Shown here in pieces: positions 22,346 through 32,235 of a stretch of 64,000 nt of DNA. Within the stretch, counting starts at the first letter, position 1. Every line of letters begins with the position of its first letter. The stretch covers positions 3,168,001 to 3,232,000 of the forward strand of contig CAVOFT010000001.1 of assembly GCA_963695095.1 (NCBI GenBank), in the 5' to 3' direction. The position numbers and the translations under genes were made by a program. This DNA is from an uncultured bacterium (GTDB lineage: Bacteria > Krumholzibacteriota > Krumholzibacteriia > JACNKJ01). Below the pieces are notes generated by a model, which made no database searches, was not told the origin of the DNA, and saw only the letters and a program-made list of their open reading frames with translations.

Positions 22346-25300
22346 ATGGCCCTAGACGCCCCCCGCACCGCGGCCAAGAAGCCCGGCGAGCGCTACAGCC
22401 TCACCCACCAGGTGCGCGTGGTCACCGCCACCAGCCTCTTCGACGGCCACGACGCCGCCATCAACATCATGCGGCGGATGATCCAGCAGGGCGGGGCCGA
22501 GGTGATCCACCTCGGCCACAACCGCTCCGTGGCCGAAATCGCCGAAGCAGCAATTGAAGAAGACGCCCAGGCCGTGGCCGTCAGCTCCTACCAGGGCGGC
22601 CACCTGGAGTTCTTCAAGTACCTGCGCGACATGCTGGTCGAGCGGGGCGCCGGCCACATCCGCATCTTCGGCGGCGGCGGCGGCGTCATCCGCCCGGCCG
22701 AGATCAAGGAGCTGGAGGCCTACGGCATCGAGCGCGTCTACGACCCCGAGCACGGCCGGCGCATGGGCCTGGCGGGGATCATCGACGACCTGCTCGAGCG
22801 CAGCGACTTCTTCACGCTCAAGCTGCCCGAGCTGCCCGCCGCCGAGCAGAAGGGCGCGGCGATCCCCGATCCCGCGCGGCTCACGGCCGAGGACCACGCC
22901 GCCGTCGCCCGCCTGATCACGCTGGCCGAGATCGGCGGGCCGAGCTGGGAGCGCCTGGCGCCGGCGCTGCGCGCGCGGGCCGAGGCTGCGAAGGCGCCCG
23001 TCGTGGGTGTCACCGGCACGGGCGGCAGCGGCAAGAGCAGCCTGCTCGACGAGCTCGTGCGCCGCTTCCGCGTGGACAACCCCGAGGCCAAGATCGCCCT
23101 GCTCTCGGCCGACCCCTCCAAGCGCCGCACGGGCGGCGCGCTGCTGGGCGACCGCATCCGCATGAACGCCATCGAGGGCCCGCAGGTCACCATGCGCTCG
23201 CTGGCCACCCGCGGCAGCCACAGCGAGCTGCCCGAGACCATCCGCGACGCCATCGCCGTGGTCAAGGCCGCGGGCTTCGACCTCGTCATGGTGGAGACCA
23301 GCGGCATCGGCCAGGGCGACACGGAGATCGTGGACGTGGCCGACGTCACCATCTACGTGATGACCGCCGAGTTCGGCGCCCCCACCCAGCTCGAGAAGAT
23401 CGACATGCTGGACTTCGCGGATCTCGTCGCCGTGAACAAGTACGAGAGGAAGGGCAGCGAGGACGCCCTGCGCGACGTGCGCCGCCAGCTGCGCCGCAGC
23501 CGCGAGCGCTTCGAGCTGGAGCCCGAGGCGATGCCGGTCTACGGCACCATCGCCAGCCAGTTCAACGACGTGGGCGTGAACGGCCTCTACGCTAGCCTCG
23601 TGGAACTCCTGGCTGCGAAGTGCGGCGCCCCCTGGCGCTGCGGCCTGCCCGCCGCGCAGATCGCCACGACGAGCCGCAGCCACAGCCTGATCCCCGTGGA
23701 GCGCACGCGCTACCTGGGCGAGATCGCCGACTGCCTGCGCGGCTACAAGCGCCGCGCTCGCGAGCAAGCGGCGATTGCGCGCCGGCTCCAGCACCTGCGC
23801 GCCGCGCGCGAGGAACTCGGCGCGGCCGGCGACAGCGGCGCCTTCGCGGCCAGGATCGGCGAACTCGAGCGCCAGCTCGCGCCCGACGCCGCCGCCCTGC
23901 TCGCCGGCTGGCAGGATCTGCGCGAGGCCTATGCCGGCGAGCGCTTCCGCTACGAGGTGCGCGGCCGCGAGTTCACCGTTGACCTCACGAGCGAATCGCT
24001 GGCCGGCACCAAGGTGCCCAAGGTGGTCGTGCCGGACCTGGCCGACCACGGCGCGCGCCTCGAGTACCTGCTGCTCGAGAACGTGCCCGGCAGCTTCCCC
24101 TTCACGGCGGGCGTCTTCCCCTTCAAGCGCGAGGGCGAGGACCCCAAGCGCCAGTTCGCGGGCGAGGGCGGCCCGGTGAAGACGAACCAGCGCTTCCACT
24201 ACCTCTGCAAGAACGACGAGGCCAAGCGCCTCTCCACGGCCTTCGACTCGGTGACGCTCTACGGCCAGGACCCGGCCGAGCGGCCGGACATCTACGGCAA
24301 GGTGGGCGACTCGGGGGTGAGCATCTGCTCGCTGGAGGACATCAAGAAGCTCTACGCGGGCTTCGATCTCTGCGACCCGGCCACCAGCGTGTCGATGACG
24401 ATCAACGGCCCCGCGCCGATGATGCTGGCCTTCTTCCTCAACGCCGCCATCGACCAGCAGGTGGATGCCTTCACGGCCAAGCAGGGCCGGGCGCCCAATC
24501 CCGCCGAGCTGGCCAAGCTGCGCGCGGAGACGCTGAGCACCGTGCGCGGCACCGTGCAGGCGGACATCCTCAAGGAGGACCAGGCGCAGAACACCTGCAT
24601 CTTCTCCACCGAGTTCGCCCTGCGCATGATGGGCGACATCCAGGCGTATTTCATCGAGCAGCAGGTGCGCAACTACTACTCGGTGTCGATCAGCGGCTAC
24701 CACATCGCCGAGGCGGGCGCGAACCCGATCACGCAGGTGGCCTTCACCCTGGCCAACGGCTTCACCTACGTGGAGTACTACCGCGCCCGCGGCCTGGCCG
24801 TCGACGACTTCGCGCCCAACCTGAGCTTCTTCTTCAGCAACGGCATGGACGCCGAGTACACGGTGATCGGCCGCGTCGCGCGGCGCATCTGGGCCGTGGC
24901 GATGCGCGATCTCTACGGCGCCGGCGAGCGCAGCCAGAAGCTCAAGTACCACATCCAGACCAGCGGCCGCTCGCTGCACGCGCAGGAGATGGCCTTCAAC
25001 GACATCCGCACCACGCTGCAGGCCCTGCTCGCCTTCTACGACAACTGCAACAGCCTGCACACGAACAGCTACGACGAGGCGATCACCACGCCCACCGAGG
25101 AGAGCGTGCGCCGCGCGATGGCGATCCAGATGATCGTCAGCCGCGAGTTCGGGCTCACCAAGAACGAGCACCCCTGGCAGGGCAGCTACATCGTCGAGAC
25201 GCTGACCGAGCTGGTCGAGGAGGCCATCCTCAGCGAGTTCGAGCGCCTGTCCCTGCGCGGCGGCGTGCTCGGCGCCATGGAGACGCAGTACCAGCGCGGC

Positions 25301-25648
25301 AAGATCCAGGATGAGTCCATGCTCTACGAGCTGCGCAAGCACAGCGGCGAGCTGCCGCTCATCGGCGTGAACACCTACCTCAACCCGGACGCCGAGAGCC
25401 TGATCCCCGAGGAGATGGAGCTGCGGCGGGCCACGCCCGCGGAGAAGGCCGAGCAGATCGCCAACGTGGAGGCGCTCAAGCGGCGCGACCCGGCGGCCAC
25501 GGCGGCCTCGCTGGCGAGGTTGAAGGAGGTGGCGCTCGGCGGCGGCAACGTCTTCGCGCAGCTCATGGAGACGGCGCGCGTGGCCAGCCTGGGCCAGATC
25601 AGTCAAGCCCTATACGAGGTGGGCGGCCAGTACCGGCGGAACATGTAG
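22346..25648 (+). CDS. icmF: Fused isobutyryl-CoA mutase / MeaB-type GTPase (B12-dependent)
   Basis: N-terminal B12 domain ([16 protein letters not shown]), G-domain ([21 protein letters not shown]), mutase barrel ([34 protein letters not shown]). Confidence 0.95.
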   Translation: MALDAPRTAAKKPGERYSLTHQVRVVTATSLFDGHDAAINIMRRMIQQGGAEVIHLGHNRSVAEIAEAAIEEDAQAVAVSSYQGGHLEFFKYLRDMLVERGAGHIRIFGGGGGVIRPAEIKELEAYGIERVYDPEHGRRMGLAGIIDDLLERSDFFTLKLPELPAAEQKGAAIPDPARLTAEDHAAVARLITLAEIGGPSWERLAPALRARAEAAKAPVVGVTGTGGSGKSSLLDELVRRFRVDNPEAKIALLSADPSKRRTGGALLGDRIRMNAIEGPQVTMRSLATRGSHSELPETIRDAIAVVKAAGFDLVMVETSGIGQGDTEIVDVADVTIYVMTAEFGAPTQLEKIDMLDFADLVAVNKYERKGSEDALRDVRRQLRRSRERFELEPEAMPVYGTIASQFNDVGVNGLYASLVELLAAKCGAPWRCGLPAAQIATTSRSHSLIPVERTRYLGEIADCLRGYKRRAREQAAIARRLQHLRAAREELGAAGDSGAFAARIGELERQLAPDAAALLAGWQDLREAYAGERFRYEVRGREFTVDLTSESLAGTKVPKVVVPDLADHGARLEYLLLENVPGSFPFTAGVFPFKREGEDPKRQFAGEGGPVKTNQRFHYLCKNDEAKRLSTAFDSVTLYGQDPAERPDIYGKVGDSGVSICSLEDIKKLYAGFDLCDPATSVSMTINGPAPMMLAFFLNAAIDQQVDAFTAKQGRAPNPAELAKLRAETLSTVRGTVQADILKEDQAQNTCIFSTEFALRMMGDIQAYFIEQQVRNYYSVSISGYHIAEAGANPITQVAFTLANGFTYVEYYRARGLAVDDFAPNLSFFFSNGMDAEYTVIGRVARRIWAVAMRDLYGAGERSQKLKYHIQTSGRSLHAQEMAFNDIRTTLQALLAFYDNCNSLHTNSYDEAITTPTEESVRRAMAIQMIVSREFGLTKNEHPWQGSYIVETLTELVEEAILSEFERLSLRGGVLGAMETQYQRGKIQDESMLYELRKHSGELPLIGVNTYLNPDAESLIPEEMELRRATPAEKAEQIANVEALKRRDPAATAASLARLKEVALGGGNVFAQLMETARVASLGQISQALYEVGGQYRRNM

Positions 25649-25692
25649 GCCAACGCCGGCGGCTCAACCCAGCAACAGCGGGTGCGCCGTGG

Positions 25693-25845
25693 CGCAGCCG
25701 CCCACCGGCCAAGCTGATCCCCCAGTCCTGCTGGTTTTCGGCCCAGATGTCGCGGTCGATGATGACATTGCCGTAGATCCAGACGTCGCCCCAGCTCTCG
25801 CCGCCGCCCCAACTGCCGGTCACGTTGTCGGCAAGCGCGCCAGTG
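25693..25845 (-). pseudogene. Short remnant of a probable LamG/jelly-roll domain gene
   Basis: Protein-like stretch GALADNVTGSWGGGESWGDVWIYGNVIIDRDIWAENQQDWGISLAGGRLR with coding-like codons but no convincing start or end. Family assignment is from memory of similar proteins. Confidence 0.45.
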
Positions 25846-25942
25846 ACCCGCCTGGCCTAGCCTTGCTTCGTACTCAGGCAAGCGCACACGCGGGTCCTCG
25901 CCCGCCATGAGCGGGCGATTGAAGCATTCAAGCTAGCGTCGA

Positions 25943-26980
25943 TCAGCCGGTGCCAGGCAAGCTCGCTACCGCAGTGGCCGCGGCAAGCATCCCACCGCTC
26001 TCGTGCAGCAGGCGATGGCAGGCCGCGCAGAGCGTGATCAGGTTCGCCGCGATGTTGCGGCCGCCTTGCCGGCGCGGCTCCCGGTGATGCACCTCGAGGA
26101 AGCGCGTGGTTCGGCAGCCCGGGGCCTGGCAGCGGTGGCGGTCGCGAGCGAGCACCTGCAGGCGCAACGACGGCGGGATCGACGCCCGGTTGCGCTCGCC
26201 TTCGCGCTGCACGCGGCAGTCGCAGGCCGTCTGCGCGGCCACCGCTGGCGCCAGGGCTCGTCCATCGGGCAAGCGAGCCCCGCTGCACTCCTCGCAGCGG
26301 TAGATCACGACCTGGTAAGGCGGCTCGATTTGTACACGTGTACACTCCGCCTCGGCCAGGGCGGCGAAGGCAGCCAGCAGCAGCTCTTCCCTCGTCTCGG
26401 CGTGTCCTTGCTTGCGCAGGCGCTCGACGATGGCCAGCCAGCGGGCATGCTGCTCCGGCTCTAGCGTGAAGCTGACCTGCACCTTCGGCGCGGGGGCAGG
26501 CACGGGTGTATGCGCGGGGGCGGGCACCCGCTCGGCGCTAGGTGCCAACAGGTCGCCCTGGCCGGGATCGCGCGGCGCCTTGCTGCGGCTCTCGCGGATC
26601 CGCGCTTCGAGCTGGCGCGCGCTGCTCGCTTTCGCAAGGGCGATCCACTGCCCCTCGGAGCGCGGCGTAGCGACCGCGGCCACGCTGCGGGCCTTGGTCC
26701 AGGGCATCTCGCCGGCCTCCACCGAGGCGCGCAACTGGGGTAGCTCGTCGAACGACTCCGCCAAGCGGATGAACTGATAGGTCTTCGCCTGCCCGAAGCC
26801 CAGCACGGCCTCGGCGTAGGCATGAATGCTGGAGTAGCCGCAGTCACGGTAGAGGCGACGGCGCATCAACTCGGCGAACCAGAGGACGGCGTTCTGTTCG
26901 GCGCGGCGCAAGGCGGCAACGGCGGCGCGCAGGTGGGCATCCACTGCGGCGGCGGGGAGATTCGGCACGAACTCGGACAT
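25943..26980 (-). CDS. HNH endonuclease with DUF222-like helical N-terminus
   Basis: C-terminal VLARDRHRCQAPGC...LEVHHREPRRQGGRNIAANLITLCAACHRLLH; N-terminal LYRDCGYSSIHAYAEAVLG; CEEC zinc pair. Confidence 0.88.
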   Translation of the reverse strand: MSEFVPNLPAAAVDAHLRAAVAALRRAEQNAVLWFAELMRRRLYRDCGYSSIHAYAEAVLGFGQAKTYQFIRLAESFDELPQLRASVEAGEMPWTKARSVAAVATPRSEGQWIALAKASSARQLEARIRESRSKAPRDPGQGDLLAPSAERVPAPAHTPVPAPAPKVQVSFTLEPEQHARWLAIVERLRKQGHAETREELLLAAFAALAEAECTRVQIEPPYQVVIYRCEECSGARLPDGRALAPAVAAQTACDCRVQREGERNRASIPPSLRLQVLARDRHRCQAPGCRTTRFLEVHHREPRRQGGRNIAANLITLCAACHRLLHESGGMLAAATAVASLPGTG

Positions 26981-27026
26981 GGAGAGTCCTCGCAGGATCG
27001 AGGACGCGGGAGGTGGGGAAGCTCAC

Positions 27027-27055
27027 AATATACTATGAGAGCTCGCGGCGGTCAA
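27027..27055 (-). promoter_or_regulatory. Sigma70-type promoter of the HNH gene
   Basis: TTGACC (27050-27055)-17 nt-TATATT (27027-27032), overlapped by inverted repeat GCTCACA...TGAGAGC (27021-27042). Confidence 0.6.
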
Positions 27056-27136
27056 GCACATCGCCAGAGAAGTGCCATCGCCGCAAGCCGGCGCCCGGAG
27101 GCGCCGCTTGTGCGCATGCCCGTTGACCGACCAAGG

Positions 27137-27652
27137 TCAGCCGAAGCGGCGGATCAGCTCCGTGATGCGCGCGAGGTGGTAGTCGTCGTGCTCGGCCTGG
27201 AAGGTGAGCATGTCGACCAGGCGCATCGGCCGGTCCAGGCGCGGATGCTGCGCGCTGCGGGCGAAGAGCGCAGCGTCGAAGCCCTCGACCTGCGCGAGGA
27301 AGCGCGCCCGCTGCCCGCGGAACTCCCCCAGAACCATGGCGATGGGCTGCGCGTTGTAGTCCGCCGCGAAGGTGGCCTTGCCGCTCATCTCGGCGGGACG
27401 CAGGGCGGCCAGACCCGCCGCGTAGTCGTCCAGGCGCCCGAGGAAGAGCGCCTCCACCGTGATCAGGTGGCCGGCCTGCTCCTGGATGGACCACTTCTCG
27501 CCGTCGCGCCGCGTGCGCAGGGCCGCGGGCAGCGCCCCCACGCGCTCGTCCAGCCGCGCCGGCGTGCCGCGCAGGCGCTCGAGGATTTCGGGCGCGTGCT
27601 CGGGTGGGAAGTCGAAGGCGAAGCGGCGCTCGATCCAGAGCATGCGATTCAT
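27137..27652 (-). CDS. DinB-family protein
   Basis: ERLRGTPARL, KWSIQEQAGHL, FQAEHDDYHL; GGAG upstream of ATG 27652. Confidence 0.88.
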   Translation of the reverse strand: MNRMLWIERRFAFDFPPEHAPEILERLRGTPARLDERVGALPAALRTRRDGEKWSIQEQAGHLITVEALFLGRLDDYAAGLAALRPAEMSGKATFAADYNAQPIAMVLGEFRGQRARFLAQVEGFDAALFARSAQHPRLDRPMRLVDMLTFQAEHDDYHLARITELIRRFG

Positions 27653-27714
27653 GGCGTCTCCTTCTCGCTGATCTCCACCTGCTGGACCTCGAACTTCCGA
27701 GGAGGGATTGTCGT

Positions 27715-28878
27715 TCACACGAGTACGGCCGACAGCTCTGTCCAGGGCATCGCCCGCACGCCGCCGCCCAGACCAGGCGCGGTGATCGGCGCCTTCCCAC
27801 TTTCGTGCACCAGATAGGACGAGACGCTGCGACCCTCGATGCTGCGTGCGAGCTGGAGTAGCGACTTCGCCATGTCCGGCCGCGGCGTGCGCGTGGCCTT
27901 GGCCTCGATGAGGGCCAGGCCCTGCTCAGGCAGCGGGACGAGGAAATCCACCTCGAGTCCCTGGCGATCCCGGAAGTGATAGAGGGCGCGGGCCCTGCCG
28001 GCGTGGATCTGCTGCTTGACGATCTCCGCGGCCACCAGACCTTCGAACAGGGGTCCGAGAAAGGGCGAGCGGCTCAAGGCCTGCTCGCTCTCGATGCCCA
28101 GCAGATGCGCGGCCATGCCGGAGTCGGCGAAGTAGAGCTTCGGCGACTTCGTGATGCGCTTGCCGAAGTTCTCGAAGAAGGGCGGGACGAGCAGGATCTG
28201 GGCGGTGACCTCGAGCACACCCAACCATTCGGTCACGGTGGGCACGCTGAGCCCGAGCGGCGCCGCCAGCGCGGTCTTGTTGAGGATCTGCCCCTGGCGC
28301 GTGGCCAGCAGGGCCAGGAAGCGCCGGAATGTTGCGAGGTCCTTCACGGCGAGCACCGCGCGGACGTCGCGCTCGAGATAAGTCTGGATGTAGGACCGGT
28401 ACCAGAGATCGCTCACTGAGGGCTGGGCGACTACCTCCGGAAAGCCGCCGCCGAGCAGCGACACGCGTGGCTCCTCCGGGTGCGCGAAGGGCAGGAGCTG
28501 GAAGACGGCCGCGCGGCCCGCCATCGACTCCGTCACGCCGCGCATCAGCGTCGCTTCCTGCGAGCCGGAGAGTACCCACTGCCCCCGGCCTTCCGGGGCA
28601 GCGTCGATCTCCGCCCGGACATAGTTCAGCAGCTCCGGGGCGTTCTGGATCTCATCGAGGATCGCCGGCCGGCCAATCTCCGCCAGGGCAGTCCGCGGAT
28701 CGCTCCGCACGCGCTCCACCACATCGGGGGCTTCCAGCAGCAGGTAGCCGGCATCGGGGAAGCAATGGCGAAGCAAGGTGGTCTTGCCGGAGCGGCGCGG
28801 CCCCGTCAGGACAAGGGCGGGGAAGGCTGCCGCCGCGCGGAGCAGGGGCCCGGTCAGGGATCTCTCGACGTATTGCAT
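27715..28878 (-). CDS. AAA_14 ATPase with DUF4143 (wHTH + PD-(D/E)xK-like) C-terminus
   Basis: TGPRRSGKTT, ILDEIQ, LSGSQ, ESMAGR, GGFPE, YLERDVR, KSPKLYFADSG, YHFRD...EVDF...IEAK. Confidence 0.92.
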   Translation of the reverse strand: MQYVERSLTGPLLRAAAAFPALVLTGPRRSGKTTLLRHCFPDAGYLLLEAPDVVERVRSDPRTALAEIGRPAILDEIQNAPELLNYVRAEIDAAPEGRGQWVLSGSQEATLMRGVTESMAGRAAVFQLLPFAHPEEPRVSLLGGGFPEVVAQPSVSDLWYRSYIQTYLERDVRAVLAVKDLATFRRFLALLATRQGQILNKTALAAPLGLSVPTVTEWLGVLEVTAQILLVPPFFENFGKRITKSPKLYFADSGMAAHLLGIESEQALSRSPFLGPLFEGLVAAEIVKQQIHAGRARALYHFRDRQGLEVDFLVPLPEQGLALIEAKATRTPRPDMAKSLLQLARSIEGRSVSSYLVHESGKAPITAPGLGGGVRAMPWTELSAVLV

Positions 28879-28879
28879 A

Positions 28880-28913
28880 TGACAATTCTAAGCCGCTAGC
28901 TTAGATATGTCAA
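28880..28913 (-). promoter_or_regulatory. Near-consensus promoter embedded in a long inverted repeat (leaderless transcript)
   Basis: TTGACA (28908-28913)-17 nt-TAGAAT (28885-28890)-6 nt-ATG; inverted repeat TGACA-AT-TCTAAGC-cgcta-GCTTAGA-TA-TGTCA. Confidence 0.8.
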
Positions 28914-28947
28914 GAAACCAGCTGCGTTTCAAGGCGCATGGATTCTT

Positions 28948-29421
28948 CTAAGTGCCAAAATTACCAGGGATTTGAATGGCCACCACCTCGCCCGTCGCGC
29001 AAACCACGCCGGCGGCGCTGAGCTGCGCGCTCACGGTGACCTTGCGCCCCTTCACCTCCTCGATCTTGCAGCGGATCTCGAGCTCGGGGCCCAGGGGCGT
29101 GGGCTTGAGGTAGCTCACCTTGAGCGAGCCGGTGACGAAGCGGAAGGGCGGGCCCTCGCCCGGCCGGCGGCCGGCGTCGCGATAGGCCGCGCCGGCGGCG
29201 CTGCCCGTGCCCGAGCAGTCGATCAAGGAGGCGACGAGACCGCCGTAGACGAAGCCTGGCACCGCCGTGTGCTCGGGCCGCGGCGTGAAGCGCGTGATCG
29301 TCTCGCCGGCGGCCTCGTCCGCCCAGCGCGTCTTGAGCTGCAGGCCCCGCGCATTGAGCCGGCCGCAGCCGTAGCACTGGGCAAGGTCGTCGGGGTAGTG
29401 GTCCTGGAAGGCGTCGCTCAT
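28948..29421 (-). CDS. PaaI-family hotdog thioesterase
   Basis: CYGCGRLN, PGFVYGGLVASLIDC, FVTGSLKVSYLKPTP. Confidence 0.9.
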   Translation of the reverse strand: MSDAFQDHYPDDLAQCYGCGRLNARGLQLKTRWADEAAGETITRFTPRPEHTAVPGFVYGGLVASLIDCSGTGSAAGAAYRDAGRRPGEGPPFRFVTGSLKVSYLKPTPLGPELEIRCKIEEVKGRKVTVSAQLSAAGVVCATGEVVAIQIPGNFGT

Positions 29422-29975
29422 GGGTCTTCATCCTCTCCGGTGGGTGTAAGCACGCTCGCCGGCCGGGGACGCCCCTCGGTGTCCACGCCCCAGCGTTTCG
29501 CGAGCCAGGTATCGAGGTCCAGAGGCGGCAGCCGCAGCTCATCACGTGCGACGGCGCGGGCCGCCTCCGTGCACAGCCGCCGCGGATCGAGCGCATAACC
29601 GAGGCGCGTCAGATCGAGGCGATCGGAGTCCCAGCAGACCTGCACGGCGAGGTGGGCCACCGTGCGCCCCCGCGTGTGCCGGGCGCAAGCTTCGCGCAGG
29701 AGCAGGATCTCGGCGGCCTCCAGTTCGAGCAGCTCGGGCGAGAGCACGCCTGCCAGCGCCGCGGCCCGCGGGCCGTGCCCGGAATCGCTGCCGTCGTTCT
29801 CGCGGCAGGCGTCATGCAGCAGCGCGAAAGGCTCGACAAGGCGGGGCGCGATCCCCGCCGCTGCCGCGAGCCAGTAGCCGTTGCGGGCCACGCGCGCCCA
29901 GTGCGGCAGGCCATGCAGGTCGTCGCCGGGATCGAGGCGATACTGGGCCAGCACGGCGCCGCAGAGTCGCTGCAT
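29418..29975 (-). CDS. HD-domain protein
   Basis: LHGLPHWARV, ALLHDACREND, HGPRAA, CWDSDRLDL. Confidence 0.85.
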   Translation of the reverse strand: MQRLCGAVLAQYRLDPGDDLHGLPHWARVARNGYWLAAAAGIAPRLVEPFALLHDACRENDGSDSGHGPRAAALAGVLSPELLELEAAEILLLREACARHTRGRTVAHLAVQVCWDSDRLDLTRLGYALDPRRLCTEAARAVARDELRLPPLDLDTWLAKRWGVDTEGRPRPASVLTPTGEDEDP

Positions 29976-29976
29976 C

Positions 29977-30219
29977 TCAGCCCCCCGCCTTCTTCGCCCG
30001 GTAGCCGGCGGCGGCGAGCAGCGCGAGGACGCGCTCCACCTGGTCCCCCTGGATGATGAGGTCGGCGCCCTCCAGGGCGCCGCCCGTGCCGCAGCGCTGC
30101 TTCATCTCGCGGGCGAAGTCCGCGAGCGCAGCGCCCGTGAGCGGCAGGCCGCTCACGCGGGTCACCGTCTTGCCGCCACGGCCCTTCTTCTCACGTTGCA
30201 CCTTCAGCACCTCGTTCAC
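29977..30219 (-). CDS. yciH: SUI1-family translation factor (YciH-like)
   Basis: REKKGRGGKTVTRVSGL...KQRCGTGG...IIQGDQ; GTG start after GGAGG. Confidence 0.88.
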   Translation of the reverse strand: MNEVLKVQREKKGRGGKTVTRVSGLPLTGAALADFAREMKQRCGTGGALEGADLIIQGDQVERVLALLAAAGYRAKKAGG

Positions 30220-30233
30220 GCCGCCTCCGCCCC

Positions 30234-30695
30234 TCATACCGGGTAGAAGCCGCCCGTGCGCGAGCCGTAGCGGCGGCGCAGGGCGCGGATCTGGGCCGCA
30301 TGGGCCACGTCGTGGGCGATCATGACGCCGAAGAAGTCGGCCGCGCTCTGGCCGTGATAGCGGGTGCGGACGGCGTGGCCGAGGCTCTCCTCGTTGCAGC
30401 TCGCCAGGCACTCGAGCAGGTGGAACTGGGCGCGGGCGAGCAGCTCCAGCAGGGCGGGCAGGTCGTCCACGCAGCGCTCGAAGCTGCCCTGCCACTGGCC
30501 GAAGCCCTGGCGGCAGTAATCGATCTTGGCCGTGGCCACATGGTAGAGGATTTCTCCGATGGTCCACAGCTCCGGGTCGGCGCGCCAGACCAGCTCTTCG
30601 GGCGTGAGCCCGTCGAGGGCGGACACCAGGGACATCTCCGGATCCTCCTCGTAGGCCCAGCGCGCCTGGCGCTCGAGGAAGTCCTTGAGGGTCAT
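30234..30695 (-). CDS. DinB-family protein
   Basis: WTIGEILYHVATAK, IAHDVAHAAQI. Confidence 0.82.
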   Translation of the reverse strand: MTLKDFLERQARWAYEEDPEMSLVSALDGLTPEELVWRADPELWTIGEILYHVATAKIDYCRQGFGQWQGSFERCVDDLPALLELLARAQFHLLECLASCNEESLGHAVRTRYHGQSAADFFGVMIAHDVAHAAQIRALRRRYGSRTGGFYPV

Positions 30696-32179
30696 GGCGC
30701 TTCGTCTTTCGGCGCGAAGGCCTCGGCGAGGAAGTCCAGCACGGCGCGCCAGCTCGCCTCGGCGTCCGCGCAGCGCGCGGGATCGAGCGTGGAAGCGCCG
30801 TGCACGCCTTCCTCGGCGACGTGGGTGCGCATGCCCGCTTGCTTGCAGGCGGCGAGCTGCTCGCGCACGCTGTCGCGGGCCATCTCGCTGGCCGGGCGCA
30901 GCACCAGCGCGGGCTGCTCGACGCGGGCGATCCAGGGTCCCGGCTCGCAGTCGGCCATCGGCGGCCCCGAGGCCGGCGAGCAGGCGATGACCGCGTCCAC
31001 AGCGTCGGCCTCTTCGACGGCGAGGCGCAGCACGAGCCCCGCGCTGTAGCTGCTGCCCAGCACGGCGCGCTTGCCGCGCAGGCTGGCCGCATCCGCATAG
31101 CGCAGGGCCGCGACCAGGTCGGGGTAGGCCGCGCAGTAGCCCAGCTCCTTGTCGGCAAGGGCAGCCACCGTGCGGTTAGCGCCGCCGAAGTGCGAGCCGC
31201 CGCTCCTCTGGTCCACAGCGAGCACATGGTAGCCGGCGGCGAGGAGCCTCGGTACGATGGCCGCATACTCGCCCTGGGCGCTGGCCCGCGCCTGGTGGAA
31301 GAGAATCACGAGAGGACCGCGCCGGTCCGCGCTGGCCAGGTAGAGATCGCCGTAGACGACCACGCCGTCGGCCGCGCGCACGGAGATGGGCTTGGCCCCC
31401 GGCGAATCGGCCGCGCAGCGGAAGCCGACGTTGAAGTCGCGCCAGTTGCCGCGCAGGCCGTTGCGGAAGTCGAGGCTGCAGCAGCCGGGCCCCGTGAACC
31501 AGCCGCCGCCGCGGATCGCGCGGAACTTGCCCTTGGCCGGGCCGGCCGGGTTCAGCGGCGGGCTCTCGCCGTAGTAATCCCAGTCGTAGTAGTCGGCCGT
31601 CCACTCGACGACGTTGCCGGTCATGTCGTAGAGACCGTAGGGATTAGGCGCGTAGCTGCCCACCTTGCGCGTGCCCCGGGGGGTGGTCTTCGCGTAGTTC
31701 GCCAGCTCGCCGCTCAGCGTATCGCCGATGGCGTAGCTGGCCTCCGCGCGGCCGCCGCGGGCGGCGTACTCCCACTCGGCCTCGGTGGGCAGGCGCTTGC
31801 CGGCCCAGCGGGCATAGGCCTGGGCGTCGCTCCAGCTCACGCCGACGACGGGGTGATCGGGGAAGTCGGCCCCGCAGTGGAAGTCCGCCATGCCCCAGAA
31901 CATGGGCAGATCGCGCTCCGTGGCCGCGCAGAAGCGCTGGTAGTCCGCGCAGGTCACCTCGCGGGCGTCGAGGAAGAAGGCGCTCAGCTCGACCTGGTGC
32001 AGGGGGCTGTCGCCCTCGTCGCCCTCGGCGCCCATTGCGAAACGCCCGCCGGGGATGGCGACCATTCCCGGCGGCGGGGTGCCGGCCGCGGGTCCGGCGG
32101 GGGGCAGGGACCAGGCGGCCCGGGGCGCAACCTCGAGGGCCGCCAGCAGCAGGAGGGCCGGCCAGGGGGTTCCGGACAT
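30692..32179 (-). CDS. Secreted fusion of an FGE-sulfatase (SUMF1/CLec) domain and an alpha/beta hydrolase
   Basis: Signal peptide; MVAIPGGRFAMG, PVVGVSWSDA, RLPTEAEWEYAARGG, DMTGNVVEW, RGGGW, GFRCA; then FHQA, VDQRSGG, GSSYS, HGAS. Confidence 0.88.
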   Translation of the reverse strand: MSGTPWPALLLLAALEVAPRAAWSLPPAGPAAGTPPPGMVAIPGGRFAMGAEGDEGDSPLHQVELSAFFLDAREVTCADYQRFCAATERDLPMFWGMADFHCGADFPDHPVVGVSWSDAQAYARWAGKRLPTEAEWEYAARGGRAEASYAIGDTLSGELANYAKTTPRGTRKVGSYAPNPYGLYDMTGNVVEWTADYYDWDYYGESPPLNPAGPAKGKFRAIRGGGWFTGPGCCSLDFRNGLRGNWRDFNVGFRCAADSPGAKPISVRAADGVVVYGDLYLASADRRGPLVILFHQARASAQGEYAAIVPRLLAAGYHVLAVDQRSGGSHFGGANRTVAALADKELGYCAAYPDLVAALRYADAASLRGKRAVLGSSYSAGLVLRLAVEEADAVDAVIACSPASGPPMADCEPGPWIARVEQPALVLRPASEMARDSVREQLAACKQAGMRTHVAEEGVHGASTLDPARCADAEASWRAVLDFLAEAFAPKDEAP

Positions 32180-32235
32180 GCTCGTCTCCTCGCGCTCGGG
32201 TGGCGCGAGCAGCATACACCCAGGGCCTGCTCTTG

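Noticed and set aside
22352..25606. Very long antisense or alternate-frame ORFs (e.g. 22352-25606 -, 50033-53596 +, 34943-37675 -, 13339-15528 +)
   Set aside because: They are shadows of real high-GC genes on the other strand or frame and have no recognisable motifs.
25943..26980. HNH protein as IscB/Cas9-like RNA-guided nuclease
   Set aside because: No PLMP or RuvC motifs are visible, and the HNH domain is terminal.
31390..32100. FGE/CLec domain as a diversity-generating retroelement target
   Set aside because: I saw no reverse transcriptase and no template repeat in the window, and the domain is not C-terminal.
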